Notes under the pieces: generated by a model | What the model saw: the letters and a program-made list of their open reading frames with translations, nothing else | Told to the model about the DNA's origin: nothing | The model's database searches: none | NCBI GenBank assembly: GCA_017995215.1 | Contig: JAGOJH010000001.1 | Span: 143 to 64,142 of the forward strand | Source of the DNA: Thermoclostridium sp. | GTDB lineage: Bacteria; Bacillota; Clostridia; DSM-8532 | Length of the DNA stretch: 64,000 bases | Direction: 5' to 3' | Shown here: piece after piece, positions 55,101 to 62,961 of the stretch | Numbering within the stretch: the first letter of the stretch is position 1 | Layout of the letters: every line of letters starts with the position of its first letter | Translations under genes and position numbers: made by a program

Positions 55101-56728
55101 TCACCGGCAACATCCCCGGCCCAGGTATCAATAGTTACGCTGCCCGCAGGAGCAGCAGGCTTGGAACGTCGATACTCATATGTTACCGTAATCTTAGCTC
55201 CGCTCATGGAGCGACTGCTTATATTGATTGTGATGAACAGCGGACCATTATGGTTCATGAACATCGGAACCCTGCAGGTGACACCGGTTGAGCTCATAAA
55301 AAACGGCAGATTCATTGGGTCCGCAGCGACCCCAACGCTTTCGCTGTCACCGAAGGTTCCGTATATGGTTCTCGTATCGAAACCCTCGTTGCCACTGTAA
55401 GCTATATGCAGATCCTCATCAACAGGAAAGGAGGAAGGCGGCGTTTCCCACTGCACCTGTACTGTCTTGCCGAGCATGCCATAATATATTTCTGCGGTGT
55501 TGGAGGAGGTGAGCTTGATGGTGGTGGTATCGGTTGCAAGAACAGCGTCCTCTCCATCGGTCACAGTAAGGGTGCCGGTGCTGTCTGATGTGTCAACCCT
55601 TGTATCATATAAAACCCACTCGGCTGGTTCAGCCTTTGAAGAGAAACTGAATACGGCAGAAGTTAGAAAAACGAGCAGCATCAGGGCTGCACCGCCGGCT
55701 TTCTTTTTACTTAGCAGCGAAAACAAGCCGAAGATGATGAACATAGCCGCACCGGCTCCCAAACCATAGGATTCCATGAAGCCGACACCCAGCAAGGCAG
55801 CCAGTGAAAAACCCGCTGACGCCCCGTTGATGAACAGCTTCGCATCACTATCACGGCCCAGGGAAGAGGCCAGATCCCACAAAAAACCTTCTCGTGCTTT
55901 GCCGGCAGCAAGGGCGCAGATTGCCATCGCGGCCGCTCCAACAAAGTTGGCCGTGGCTGCAAAAGAGCCAATAGCCAGTGCCAGGCTGAATCCAATCAAA
56001 AATAATATATTCCTGCCGCCTGTAAGTTTCTCCGGTATGCTGCCCGACCGGAATTTTCCGAGTGCGGCAAGCCCACTGATAAATGAAAACCTTCCCAGCA
56101 ACAGTGCAGCACCGCCTGCGGCACCTCCTGCTCTTCCTCCCGCCATCGTAAGTATCGTGAACCACTGTGGGAAATCAATGCCTTGATTAGCCAGTGTGGG
56201 GAAGAGCGCCCAGAATCCGCCCGCAATGAGTGTTGCAAGCAGGGCTTTTATCGAGGTGAAAATTTTAAAAATATTCCCGATTGTGCCAAAAAGACCTGAA
56301 CCAAGCACTGCGAGTGTGCTCTTTTTAACCTTATCCGCCAGCACCCCGGCTGCTTCTTCAACGCCTTTGGAGAAGTCACCCAGAACCATTTCACCAGGAG
56401 ATGTCAAAGCAGCCAAACCACCCTGCATAAATCCAAGCGCTGTGGGCGGTTGATCCGATATGGAAACCTTTGTTCCAGGAGCCACTGGTATCTCTATTGC
56501 TGCAGGGCTATGCACAGGTTTAGCAGCTGCTGCAACTTGCTTCCCGCAGCGTTTGCAAAAAATTGAACCTTCCCGCAGCTGAGCACCGCAGTGCGAGCAA
56601 AGGAAGGTTTGGATATTGCTGCTGTCCTGTGTAGCCTTGTGCGCCCTTTGCGGTTGTGTTGCTCCGCATTCCCTGCAAAACTTCGCTGTGGTATTGAGCG
56701 GTGTTCCACAATTTTTGCAATATTTCAT
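52160..56728 (-). CDS. Very large (1522-aa) uncharacterised membrane protein. It has an N-terminal tandem zinc ribbon, a Gly/Ala-rich polytopic segment, a central beta-rich region and a long helical C-terminal region.
   Basis: Residues 1-65 are MKYCKNCGTPLNTTAKFCRECG...FLCSHCGAQLREGSIFCKRCGKQV (two CxxC-x13-CxxC ribbons). At least 6 hydrophobic Gly/Ala-rich helices follow over residues about 90-370. The remainder matches no domain I recognise. A GGAAGGAG RBS sits 10 nt upstream of the ATG. It is a single uninterrupted ORF. Confidence 0.7.
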   Translation of the reverse strand: MKYCKNCGTPLNTTAKFCRECGATQPQRAHKATQDSSNIQTFLCSHCGAQLREGSIFCKRCGKQVAAAAKPVHSPAAIEIPVAPGTKVSISDQPPTALGFMQGGLAALTSPGEMVLGDFSKGVEEAAGVLADKVKKSTLAVLGSGLFGTIGNIFKIFTSIKALLATLIAGGFWALFPTLANQGIDFPQWFTILTMAGGRAGGAAGGAALLLGRFSFISGLAALGKFRSGSIPEKLTGGRNILFLIGFSLALAIGSFAATANFVGAAAMAICALAAGKAREGFLWDLASSLGRDSDAKLFINGASAGFSLAALLGVGFMESYGLGAGAAMFIIFGLFSLLSKKKAGGAALMLLVFLTSAVFSFSSKAEPAEWVLYDTRVDTSDSTGTLTVTDGEDAVLATDTTTIKLTSSNTAEIYYGMLGKTVQVQWETPPSSFPVDEDLHIAYSGNEGFDTRTIYGTFGDSESVGVAADPMNLPFFMSSTGVTCRVPMFMNHNGPLFITINISSRSMSGAKITVTYEYRRSKPAAPAGSVTIDTWAGDVAGDDESSAAEIPDGIVDAVAGVAAAAAAAGGSVKKGKKRQNPKEEKAKPRSIYRMILTKNFGDTLEYDADPVPVYARIVEIMPSGHTVERRDLTARINIFSAGILDVSPCTMAGDHMGAMVSVKTTGNMELKSTEQLSVRFNGPEGIFQNNITFRLIKKEILFSQDNITFPANCSYSARLPFAIIGLSENAAVTADITPKGGFSLSIERDRDDNNLWYADITETGTASKPAGTFEPFTLHVNAVDNNRQLDGYLDVFRFHTGLSVKIANSDIACYLKDGKPVRTPMTMTLFTWNDETHEVIQALPIPTGFEVKAETGDICEKLKLGCKVEGSPFNGTWQCFISPYGAILDSPARHKAVVTVTAEWNHETYTAQCEVLLLSQPRRESVDPQQYSDMLKEDSRIRERLAGIKRRIWNDNYTARLFPLVRVIETMLDGYDADFGYDPWQVDMVAQTYNGFMNGSILGANAEPQNLTLMDELKYAACEAYKGTDESVEAFEASLGFWKRLGLGFATLGFSEVTFTAFKVPREMKRYVDQGGNSVIEGFWVGTKIVVWDYIAEKATGGLARGAKKLGPLAKEITDGVKVEGKKAITKFSARLKSVGAEKAISAEKALKGTAENSADEMIKKFRRTAEFSPEDLAKEQAFLKGRANGLLKMQELARARAQLKQNPMSAEAREAFEKLCKEVQSDKHAVHQLQHYKGMYGDDLRAEFNRTWQQTYDVVQEDSMNEIAARLGVPRDSIEVLNVSGNSNVKVSTGRSVPMDHDVTFVYVTRDGKVDVDLRLSEEIYNRNFYRRTMGAEPPSAEAARAHALKYDQSVVADGSLEKYGPSVRDVKRMLDPEAMAEKLSDASAIKKTVVHKSEHFIKQARELMEQAKTAPNADELLEQAQALIEEANRQSTKQAKRSLLPRAVAAKANNGSYEIPMRTRTMIELMNKVGLGEQGPLGIEPGELERILRDEFGVTLEEAFEEIGDCFVKVDAGRV

Positions 56729-56896
56729 GATGGACTGGCTCCTTCCGTGTTCCTTGTGTGGGCATATTGATTGATAACTTATTAAAGTCTTCAGTTTTTC
56801 CGCAACTGAAAAAGTCAGTATATTAACCGATATGCGCCTGAATGATACCTTCCTGAGGTTTGCTGAAGTACACCCTTGTTAAGTCATACAAGCAAT

Positions 56897-58633
56897 TTAA
56901 ACGAACAGGTTTCTTGCCTCTTCTACCGTCATCCCCTTGTAGAAATAGAACCCCTGCACTTCATCACAATTCTCACTCTTTAAGAACTCAAACTGTTCTT
57001 TTGTTTCAACTCCCTCGGCCAGAACCTTGGCCCCAAGGTTTTTAGCCATTTGAATGATTGTTTTTACAATAGCTTTGTCCTTCGGGCTGCCTGAAGATAT
57101 GCCGTGGACAAACTCCATATCAATTTTTAAAAGGTCTACCGGGAAAGAGCGAATTCTGCTTAACGACGAGTATTCCTTACCAAAATCGTCAATTGCAATC
57201 AGGAACCCTAATTCCTTAAATTGAATCAGCCTTTCAAGAACTACAGAATCCATGCTGAAAGCTACGCTTTCTGTTATTTCAATCTGGATCATATGAGGAT
57301 CGATTCCTGTCTGTTGAATGATACTGGCAAACTGATTCACAATGTTGATATCCTTTAGTTGTTCTACCGAGCAATTGATGGATATCTTGATGTGATCACC
57401 ATATCGGCTGTCGCACTCCATACTGTCTTCACATACAGTCTTAAAGACCCAGAGGCCTATGGGCTTAATCAAGCCAGTCTGTTCTGCCAGCGGGATAAAG
57501 ATTCCGGGTGAAATTGTCCCATATTCGGGATGCTTCCATCGTAATAGCGCTTCAAACCCAATTATTTCATGGGTTTGAACGTTAATCTGAGGTTGATAAT
57601 GAAGAAAAAGCTCTTCTCTTTCCAATGCCTTGTATAGGTTGTTTGTGAGCATCATTTTTTTTGCAGCCTCATTCTTCATGATCTCACTGCAATATAAATA
57701 CTGGTTCTTTCCATTACTTTTCGCCTCGTACATTGCCATATCAGCATTTTTGATTAATTCTGTCGAGGAATTTCCGTCAGCAGGATATATAGAAATCCCA
57801 GCACTTGCTGAAAGAAACATCTCTGTCCCATGAACAAAAAATGGTTCTTTAAACTTTCTTGTGATTTTACGCAGAACATTTTCAACTTCTGAAAGATTTG
57901 ACACATCCTTCACTAATACATAGAATTCATCGCCTCCTGGTCTTGCTGCGATATAATGGGGATCCGGGACTGCGGTGAACCTGTTTGCCACCTCAATCAA
58001 TACTTCATCTCCTACCAAATGACCTAATGTATCGTTGATAGCTTTAAAGGAATCCAGATCGATAAAAACAACCGCAAGGATTTTATTGTTTAATGCCGCA
58101 TTTTCAATCTCCTGATCGAGATGATGCAAAAAATAATCACGGTTATGCAGTTTTGTTAAAGAATCATGGTTGGCGCGCTCAGTTAGCTTCTCTTCTGAGA
58201 GTTCCAGCTGCTTTTTTTGAAAATCAATCTGGCTTACATATTCTTCCGCCTGCTTTTGATAATTATAAATTAACCTGAGAATAATGATAATCGCAATATA
58301 TGTAACAAAACCGGGAACAGGCTCTGAGGAATTTGATCTCACAATTTGCAGAAATGATGCTGCCAGGGAAAATACGTTCAGTATAATAGACGTAAAATAA
58401 CCTTGCTTATTCAAAGACAGAACAAGATAAACTGAGATCATCATCTGGATTTGGGTGAGAACGCCCTTGTATGCATAAAGGAAGTTTAATAGACCATTAT
58501 TACTATATCCGTTTCCTACTGATAAAATAGCAAGCAGAACGGTAAGGAAAAAATACATAAGAATACTAATAATTATTATAAAGTATCTTCTTCTATTCGA
58601 AACCTCTCTGTTGAAAAAACGCAGGAATCCCAT
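56897..58633 (-). CDS. Membrane-anchored GGDEF–EAL protein
   Basis: An N-terminal 5-6 TM domain is followed by a GGDEF domain (..RPGGDEFYVL..) and an EAL domain (..FEALLRW.., ..DDFGKEYSSL.., ..KIDMEFV..). Confidence 0.85.
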   Translation of the reverse strand: MGFLRFFNREVSNRRRYFIIIISILMYFFLTVLLAILSVGNGYSNNGLLNFLYAYKGVLTQIQMMISVYLVLSLNKQGYFTSIILNVFSLAASFLQIVRSNSSEPVPGFVTYIAIIIILRLIYNYQKQAEEYVSQIDFQKKQLELSEEKLTERANHDSLTKLHNRDYFLHHLDQEIENAALNNKILAVVFIDLDSFKAINDTLGHLVGDEVLIEVANRFTAVPDPHYIAARPGGDEFYVLVKDVSNLSEVENVLRKITRKFKEPFFVHGTEMFLSASAGISIYPADGNSSTELIKNADMAMYEAKSNGKNQYLYCSEIMKNEAAKKMMLTNNLYKALEREELFLHYQPQINVQTHEIIGFEALLRWKHPEYGTISPGIFIPLAEQTGLIKPIGLWVFKTVCEDSMECDSRYGDHIKISINCSVEQLKDINIVNQFASIIQQTGIDPHMIQIEITESVAFSMDSVVLERLIQFKELGFLIAIDDFGKEYSSLSRIRSFPVDLLKIDMEFVHGISSGSPKDKAIVKTIIQMAKNLGAKVLAEGVETKEQFEFLKSENCDEVQGFYFYKGMTVEEARNLFV

Positions 58634-59135
58634 AACAGTCTCCTTTTATTCTCTATTCATAAATAAACCCACTGTTTAAGTTAAAATGGGAATATAAATC
58701 TTTATGTGACTGTAAAGTGGGGTTTTGTTCCTAACACCCCTCAAACCCGCATTTATTAGTTTCCAAATAAATAAAATTTTTCTTCTCTTTATATCTATTT
58801 ACCCAGTTTTCGTTTTAAAAACATAAATTTTTGCTATCAAGCCCTATTACTTTCATGCCGATGGAGTTTTAGCCGTAAGGGCTGACACTGGTTATGAAAT
58901 GGCGCAGATGAGATAAGACAAGCAGTAAAAAGAGACCCCACCGGCACAGATTAATCCAAAACTGAACCAATAAAAAGAAAGCACCCGAAGCCGCGATAGC
59001 TTCCGATGCAGTTTTTGTTCTATTTATTGAAATCGGTTGGGGCGGGGGCACATCTTTCCCTCATTATATAAACCTTACACAAAATTTAACAAGTCGAGGG
59101 GATGAAGGCATTGACAAAATAGTAACTTCACATTT

Positions 59136-59900
59136 TTATCCGGCCATGGTTCCGGAGATATATTTTTTTGTTCTTTCATCCGAAGGGGAGGTGAAAAAGG
59201 CCTTTGCTTCGCCAACCTCTACCAGCTCACCGAAATACATAAACACAACATTGTCCGAAAGCCTTCTGGCCTGCCTAAGGATATGGCTTACCATCACGAT
59301 CGTATAGGCATCCTTTAGCGAAAGCAGAAGGGCTTCGATTTTCTCCGAGGATATCGGATCCAGCGCTGAAGTCACTTCATCGCACAGGATCACTTCGGGC
59401 TCCACAGCCAAAGCCCTTGCAATGCACAGCCGCTGCTGCTGACCGATGGATAAATCAACGGCGGGTGCCTTCAGGCGGTCTTTTACCTCATCCCACAGAT
59501 GAGTCCGGGTCAGGCAGCTTTCCACAATCTCATCGAGCTCGGACTTTTTCGTTTTCTGATGCAGCTTGGGCCCGAAGGCAATATTGTTATAGATGTTAGA
59601 TGGCAAAACATAGGGTCGCTGCGCGATGAGCCCGATTTTCCTGCGCAGCTCGTTCACTGGCCGTATGGGATGATATATATCTTCCTCCCCGATGAAGATT
59701 TGGCCTTCCACCCTGATGTTGTCGCGGATGTCATGCAGTCGGTTGATTGCCTTCAAAAGAGTGGTCTTTCCGCAGCCCGAAGGGCCGATAATGGTGGTCA
59801 GCTGTTTTTCTGGAATATCCAGGCTGATGTTCTTTATCACCGGGACGGGATTTTTATCTCCAAAAGAAATATTCAGATTCTTTATTTTAATTCCTGACAT
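59136..59900 (-). CDS. pstB: Phosphate ABC transporter ATP-binding protein
   Basis: Walker A is ..GPSGCGKTT.., the signature motif is LSIGQQQR, and Walker B is ..ILCDEVTSALD... The length and N-terminus are PstB-like. Confidence 0.9.
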   Translation of the reverse strand: MSGIKIKNLNISFGDKNPVPVIKNISLDIPEKQLTTIIGPSGCGKTTLLKAINRLHDIRDNIRVEGQIFIGEEDIYHPIRPVNELRRKIGLIAQRPYVLPSNIYNNIAFGPKLHQKTKKSELDEIVESCLTRTHLWDEVKDRLKAPAVDLSIGQQQRLCIARALAVEPEVILCDEVTSALDPISSEKIEALLLSLKDAYTIVMVSHILRQARRLSDNVVFMYFGELVEVGEAKAFFTSPSDERTKKYISGTMAG

Positions 59901-60757
59901 TAGTGCCTGCCTCCCGCGGTATATTTGGTAAAGTGCCCCGCGCCAAGGCGGGAAACCAGATTCAACACGATGATGATCATTATTAGAATGAATGATGCCG
60001 CATAAGCATCCTCGCGCACACTTTCGTAATAAGAGCCGGATTGCAGAAAGATTAAAACGGGCAGAGATGTCGCGGAGTGCAGCAAACCCTTTGGCATCGC
60101 ATTCCCGGCACCTGCGGTGAACACAACAGAGGCCGCGTCGCCCATGGCCCTGCCCATTCCCAGCAAGATACCCGCCATTATTCCCGGAAGCGCGTATTTG
60201 GTGGTGACAAGAGATGTTTCAATTCTTGTTGCCCCCAGGGAATAGAGCGATTCCCGGATGCCATGAGGCACCGTCTGCAATGCCTCATCCATATATCTTG
60301 TGATGATGGGCAGTTGTAATAATGTCAGCGTGACAATTGCCGCAAGAAGGCTCCCGCGACCTTTAACAAAAATCAGCACGCTCAGCATGAAAATCCCATA
60401 GATGATGGAAGGAACGCCCCAAAGGATGTCAAAAAAGACTCTGATTTTATCGGAAACCTTTTTTTTGATATAGTCAATCTGCAGAAAAAGGGCGATGAGG
60501 TATCCAAGCACTGCGGCAATGATGGTTGAGGGGATGACCATATAGATACTGCCCAATATGGCATGCAGGATGCCCCCGTCGCCGCCAAGCAGGTATTTTG
60601 GCCCGGGTGAGGCAACAAGCAGGCCGGGCTTTCTCAATAACACCAACCCGCCCTTCACAAGGTTCATGCCAACAATGATCACCAGTGAGGCCAGAACGAT
60701 CAGCACGGCAATAAACATCAGCACCTTGAAGATTTTCTCTTTGAGATATTTATTCAT
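59900..60757 (-). CDS. pstA: Phosphate ABC transporter permease PstA
   Basis: Six TM helices, with ..SLYSLGATRIETSLVTTKYALPGI.. as the EAA loop. The stop/start overlaps pstB. Confidence 0.85.
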   Translation of the reverse strand: MNKYLKEKIFKVLMFIAVLIVLASLVIIVGMNLVKGGLVLLRKPGLLVASPGPKYLLGGDGGILHAILGSIYMVIPSTIIAAVLGYLIALFLQIDYIKKKVSDKIRVFFDILWGVPSIIYGIFMLSVLIFVKGRGSLLAAIVTLTLLQLPIITRYMDEALQTVPHGIRESLYSLGATRIETSLVTTKYALPGIMAGILLGMGRAMGDAASVVFTAGAGNAMPKGLLHSATSLPVLIFLQSGSYYESVREDAYAASFILIMIIIVLNLVSRLGAGHFTKYTAGGRH

Positions 60758-61652
60758 ATCTCCACCTCTTCCTCAGCCGGTTCAGGATACAGTTCGATAC
60801 AATATTGAACAAAACAATGATCAAAAATAAAACAAGAGCCATGAAAATCAGTGCCGATTGCTGTTCGGGCACCGACATCATTTCGCCGAAGCTGCCAATC
60901 AGCAGGCTGGGCAATGTCTGGCCCGGAGAGAAAAGGGAGGTTGAAAGGATATTCTTGTTTCCGATCACCATCGCAACGGCCATGGTTTCTCCAAAAGCCC
61001 TGCCAAACCCCAGAATAATACCGGAAATAATCCCGGGCCCAGCAGCCCGCAGCAGAACGGTTTCCACCAACTGCAGCTTGGTAGCCCCAAGGGACAAAAA
61101 TTGTTCACGCAGCCCAACCGGAAGTGCACGCAGCGACTCCACCGATATTGAAATCATAACGGGAATGACCATTATCGCTAAAACCAATGCTGCCGTGAAT
61201 ACGCACATGCCTGTTGTTTTCACCTGAAACAACGGTGCGAGGGTATCCCTTACAAACGGTACCAGTACCAAAAGGGCACAAAGCCCGTAAACAACCGACG
61301 GAATGCCCGCCAGCACATCAATGAAGGACTGGAAGGTGGTTTTCATCCCTTTCGCAGCGTACTCGGAGATATAAATGGAGCACAGCAGGGAGAGGGGAAT
61401 GGCGATGATCATGGCCAGGAAGGTCACCACAAACGTCCCGACGATGGCCGGGAAAAAGCCGTAAGCACCCTTCTGCGGATCCCATACTGACGAGAACAGC
61501 AGCTCCTGCAGGGAACTCTTGCCCAGTATGAGCTGTGAGCGCTGCACCAGCATGATGAACAGGGCAATCAGTAAAGTGAACAGGGCTATGACGAATGTAA
61601 GCATTGCAGCTTTGCTTATTTTATCAAGCTTTTGTCTGGTTATAGATTGCAT
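60750..61652 (-). CDS. pstC: Phosphate ABC transporter permease PstC
   Basis: Six TM helices, with ..FLSLGATKLQLVETVLLRAAGPGI.. as the EAA loop. It overlaps the pstA start by 8 nt. Confidence 0.85.
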   Translation of the reverse strand: MQSITRQKLDKISKAAMLTFVIALFTLLIALFIMLVQRSQLILGKSSLQELLFSSVWDPQKGAYGFFPAIVGTFVVTFLAMIIAIPLSLLCSIYISEYAAKGMKTTFQSFIDVLAGIPSVVYGLCALLVLVPFVRDTLAPLFQVKTTGMCVFTAALVLAIMVIPVMISISVESLRALPVGLREQFLSLGATKLQLVETVLLRAAGPGIISGIILGFGRAFGETMAVAMVIGNKNILSTSLFSPGQTLPSLLIGSFGEMMSVPEQQSALIFMALVLFLIIVLFNIVSNCILNRLRKRWRYE

Positions 61653-61772
61653 TTGAACCCCTTATACGAATTTTGTTACTGTATGTGCTTCTACCTGCTT
61701 GCAGATTCTTTAGCAAGGCTGTAAAAGAGCAGGAAATCTGTAACTTTTTGCTTGCAGGCTTTAAGCAGGGTT

Positions 61773-62744
61773 TTAATCCCTGCTTCCTTTGGAAAGTATA
61801 GAAACTTCGCGTTTTCTCTCTTCATCGGTAAGCTGGATGTATCCGTTTTCCTCCAGGATATTCTGCCCGTCGGCCAGTATCCAGTTCACAAAATCAAGAA
61901 CAGGGCCTTTGAACTCTTTATTTGCAACCAGGAATTCCTCCCGCGTAGGCGGGGCCGGATAAACACCAGCAGCTACATTTTTCAAGAAGCTGCTTTTGTC
62001 GGAATAGAAATTTTCCGCATCATCCAACAGGTCATTATCATTCAAATCAATCGGTATTGGACGCAGGTTTTCAATATATCCACCGGTTTCTGCATTAAAG
62101 ATGTAATTTAGATTTGTAAAGCTGATGGCGTTTTTATCACTTTGAACACCGGCCGCAATAGCCTGGTCACCGCTGACATTGGAATCCGAATGGTTTTGCA
62201 GATCAGCTTCGGTGTATTTACCTAAATAGTCCGCCCATACGGCGGCAGCACCGGAAGAATCGGATCGGCTATAAACGACGATGGTGTCATCTTCCAGATC
62301 TTTTCCGAATATATCGCCCCACTGCGTGGTCTCACGCATGAATATCTTCCGCAGCTCCTCCTGGGACAGGCCCTTTTCAAGAATATCCGCATAAACGGGG
62401 TTATTCTCATGGAGGACACCCAGCACCGTATCTTTTGTCGCAGCGATGTAAAAAGCACCCTGATCGAGCTCTTCCTGTTTTATCGGGCGTGATACCATGC
62501 CGATATCCACCTGGTTGCTCAATACATCGGTCATGCCCTTGCCGGCTCCTCCGCCGGAGACCTCTATCACTACAGGAGTTATTTTCATATATTCATCCGC
62601 CCAAACCAGCATCATCGGATAAAGCGCCCACGCACCGGAAATCCTGATCGTCGTCGTGGCTGTAGTGTTTGTTTTTTGGGAGCAACCCGCCATGCTTGCG
62701 GCCAAAAAGCATAATACAAGAAGAATTACCAGGAACTTTTTCAT
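61773..62744 (-). CDS. pstS: Phosphate-binding lipoprotein PstS
   Basis: The start was set to the ATG at 62744 (AAGGAG RBS, 6 nt), giving MKKFLVILLVLCFLAASMAGCS (lipobox). ..SGAWALYPMM.. ..GGGAGKGMTDV.. are PBP superfamily motifs. Confidence 0.85.
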   Translation of the reverse strand: MKKFLVILLVLCFLAASMAGCSQKTNTTATTTIRISGAWALYPMMLVWADEYMKITPVVIEVSGGGAGKGMTDVLSNQVDIGMVSRPIKQEELDQGAFYIAATKDTVLGVLHENNPVYADILEKGLSQEELRKIFMRETTQWGDIFGKDLEDDTIVVYSRSDSSGAAAVWADYLGKYTEADLQNHSDSNVSGDQAIAAGVQSDKNAISFTNLNYIFNAETGGYIENLRPIPIDLNDNDLLDDAENFYSDKSSFLKNVAAGVYPAPPTREEFLVANKEFKGPVLDFVNWILADGQNILEENGYIQLTDEERKREVSILSKGSRD

Positions 62745-62789
62745 AACGATCTCCTTATCCTCTACATAGAATACAATCACTATAGAGAA

Positions 62790-62819
62790 AGTATACATTG
62801 AGATGGGAATGGATGTCAA
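62790..62819 (-). promoter_or_regulatory. Sigma-A-type promoter for pstSCAB (TTGACA-18-TATACT on the minus strand)
   Basis: Minus-strand read: ttgaca tccattcccatctcaatg tatact. Confidence 0.5.
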
Positions 62820-62904
62820 CAATATTTCCAGCAAAAAAGCTTGTCTATGTTTTAGAAACCTGTCCCCATTATCCCGCGAAGTCATATAAAACGGGAAACA
62901 GAAA

Positions 62905-62932
62905 GGGACGGTTCAAGATTCTAAACCGTCCC
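62905..62932 (-). terminator. Rho-independent terminator of the upstream symporter gene
   Basis: Minus-strand read: GGGACGGTT-tagaatcttg-AACCGTCCC then TTTCTGTTTCCCGTTTTA. Confidence 0.6.
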
Positions 62933-62961
62933 CCACTAAAAAGATTTCTACTCGTTATAGA

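Noticed and set aside
52160-56728. Horizontal acquisition of the 1522-aa gene suggested by apparently higher GC
   Set aside because: The GC excess is largely explained by Ala/Gly-rich composition (GCN/GGN codons). Without genome-wide statistics this is not supportable. No flanking integrase, tRNA or direct repeats were seen.
58869-59051. 60-aa minus-strand ORF in the pstB / GGDEF-EAL intergenic region
   Set aside because: No RBS. It overlaps the putative pstB terminator hairpin. It is Pro/Leu-rich noise.
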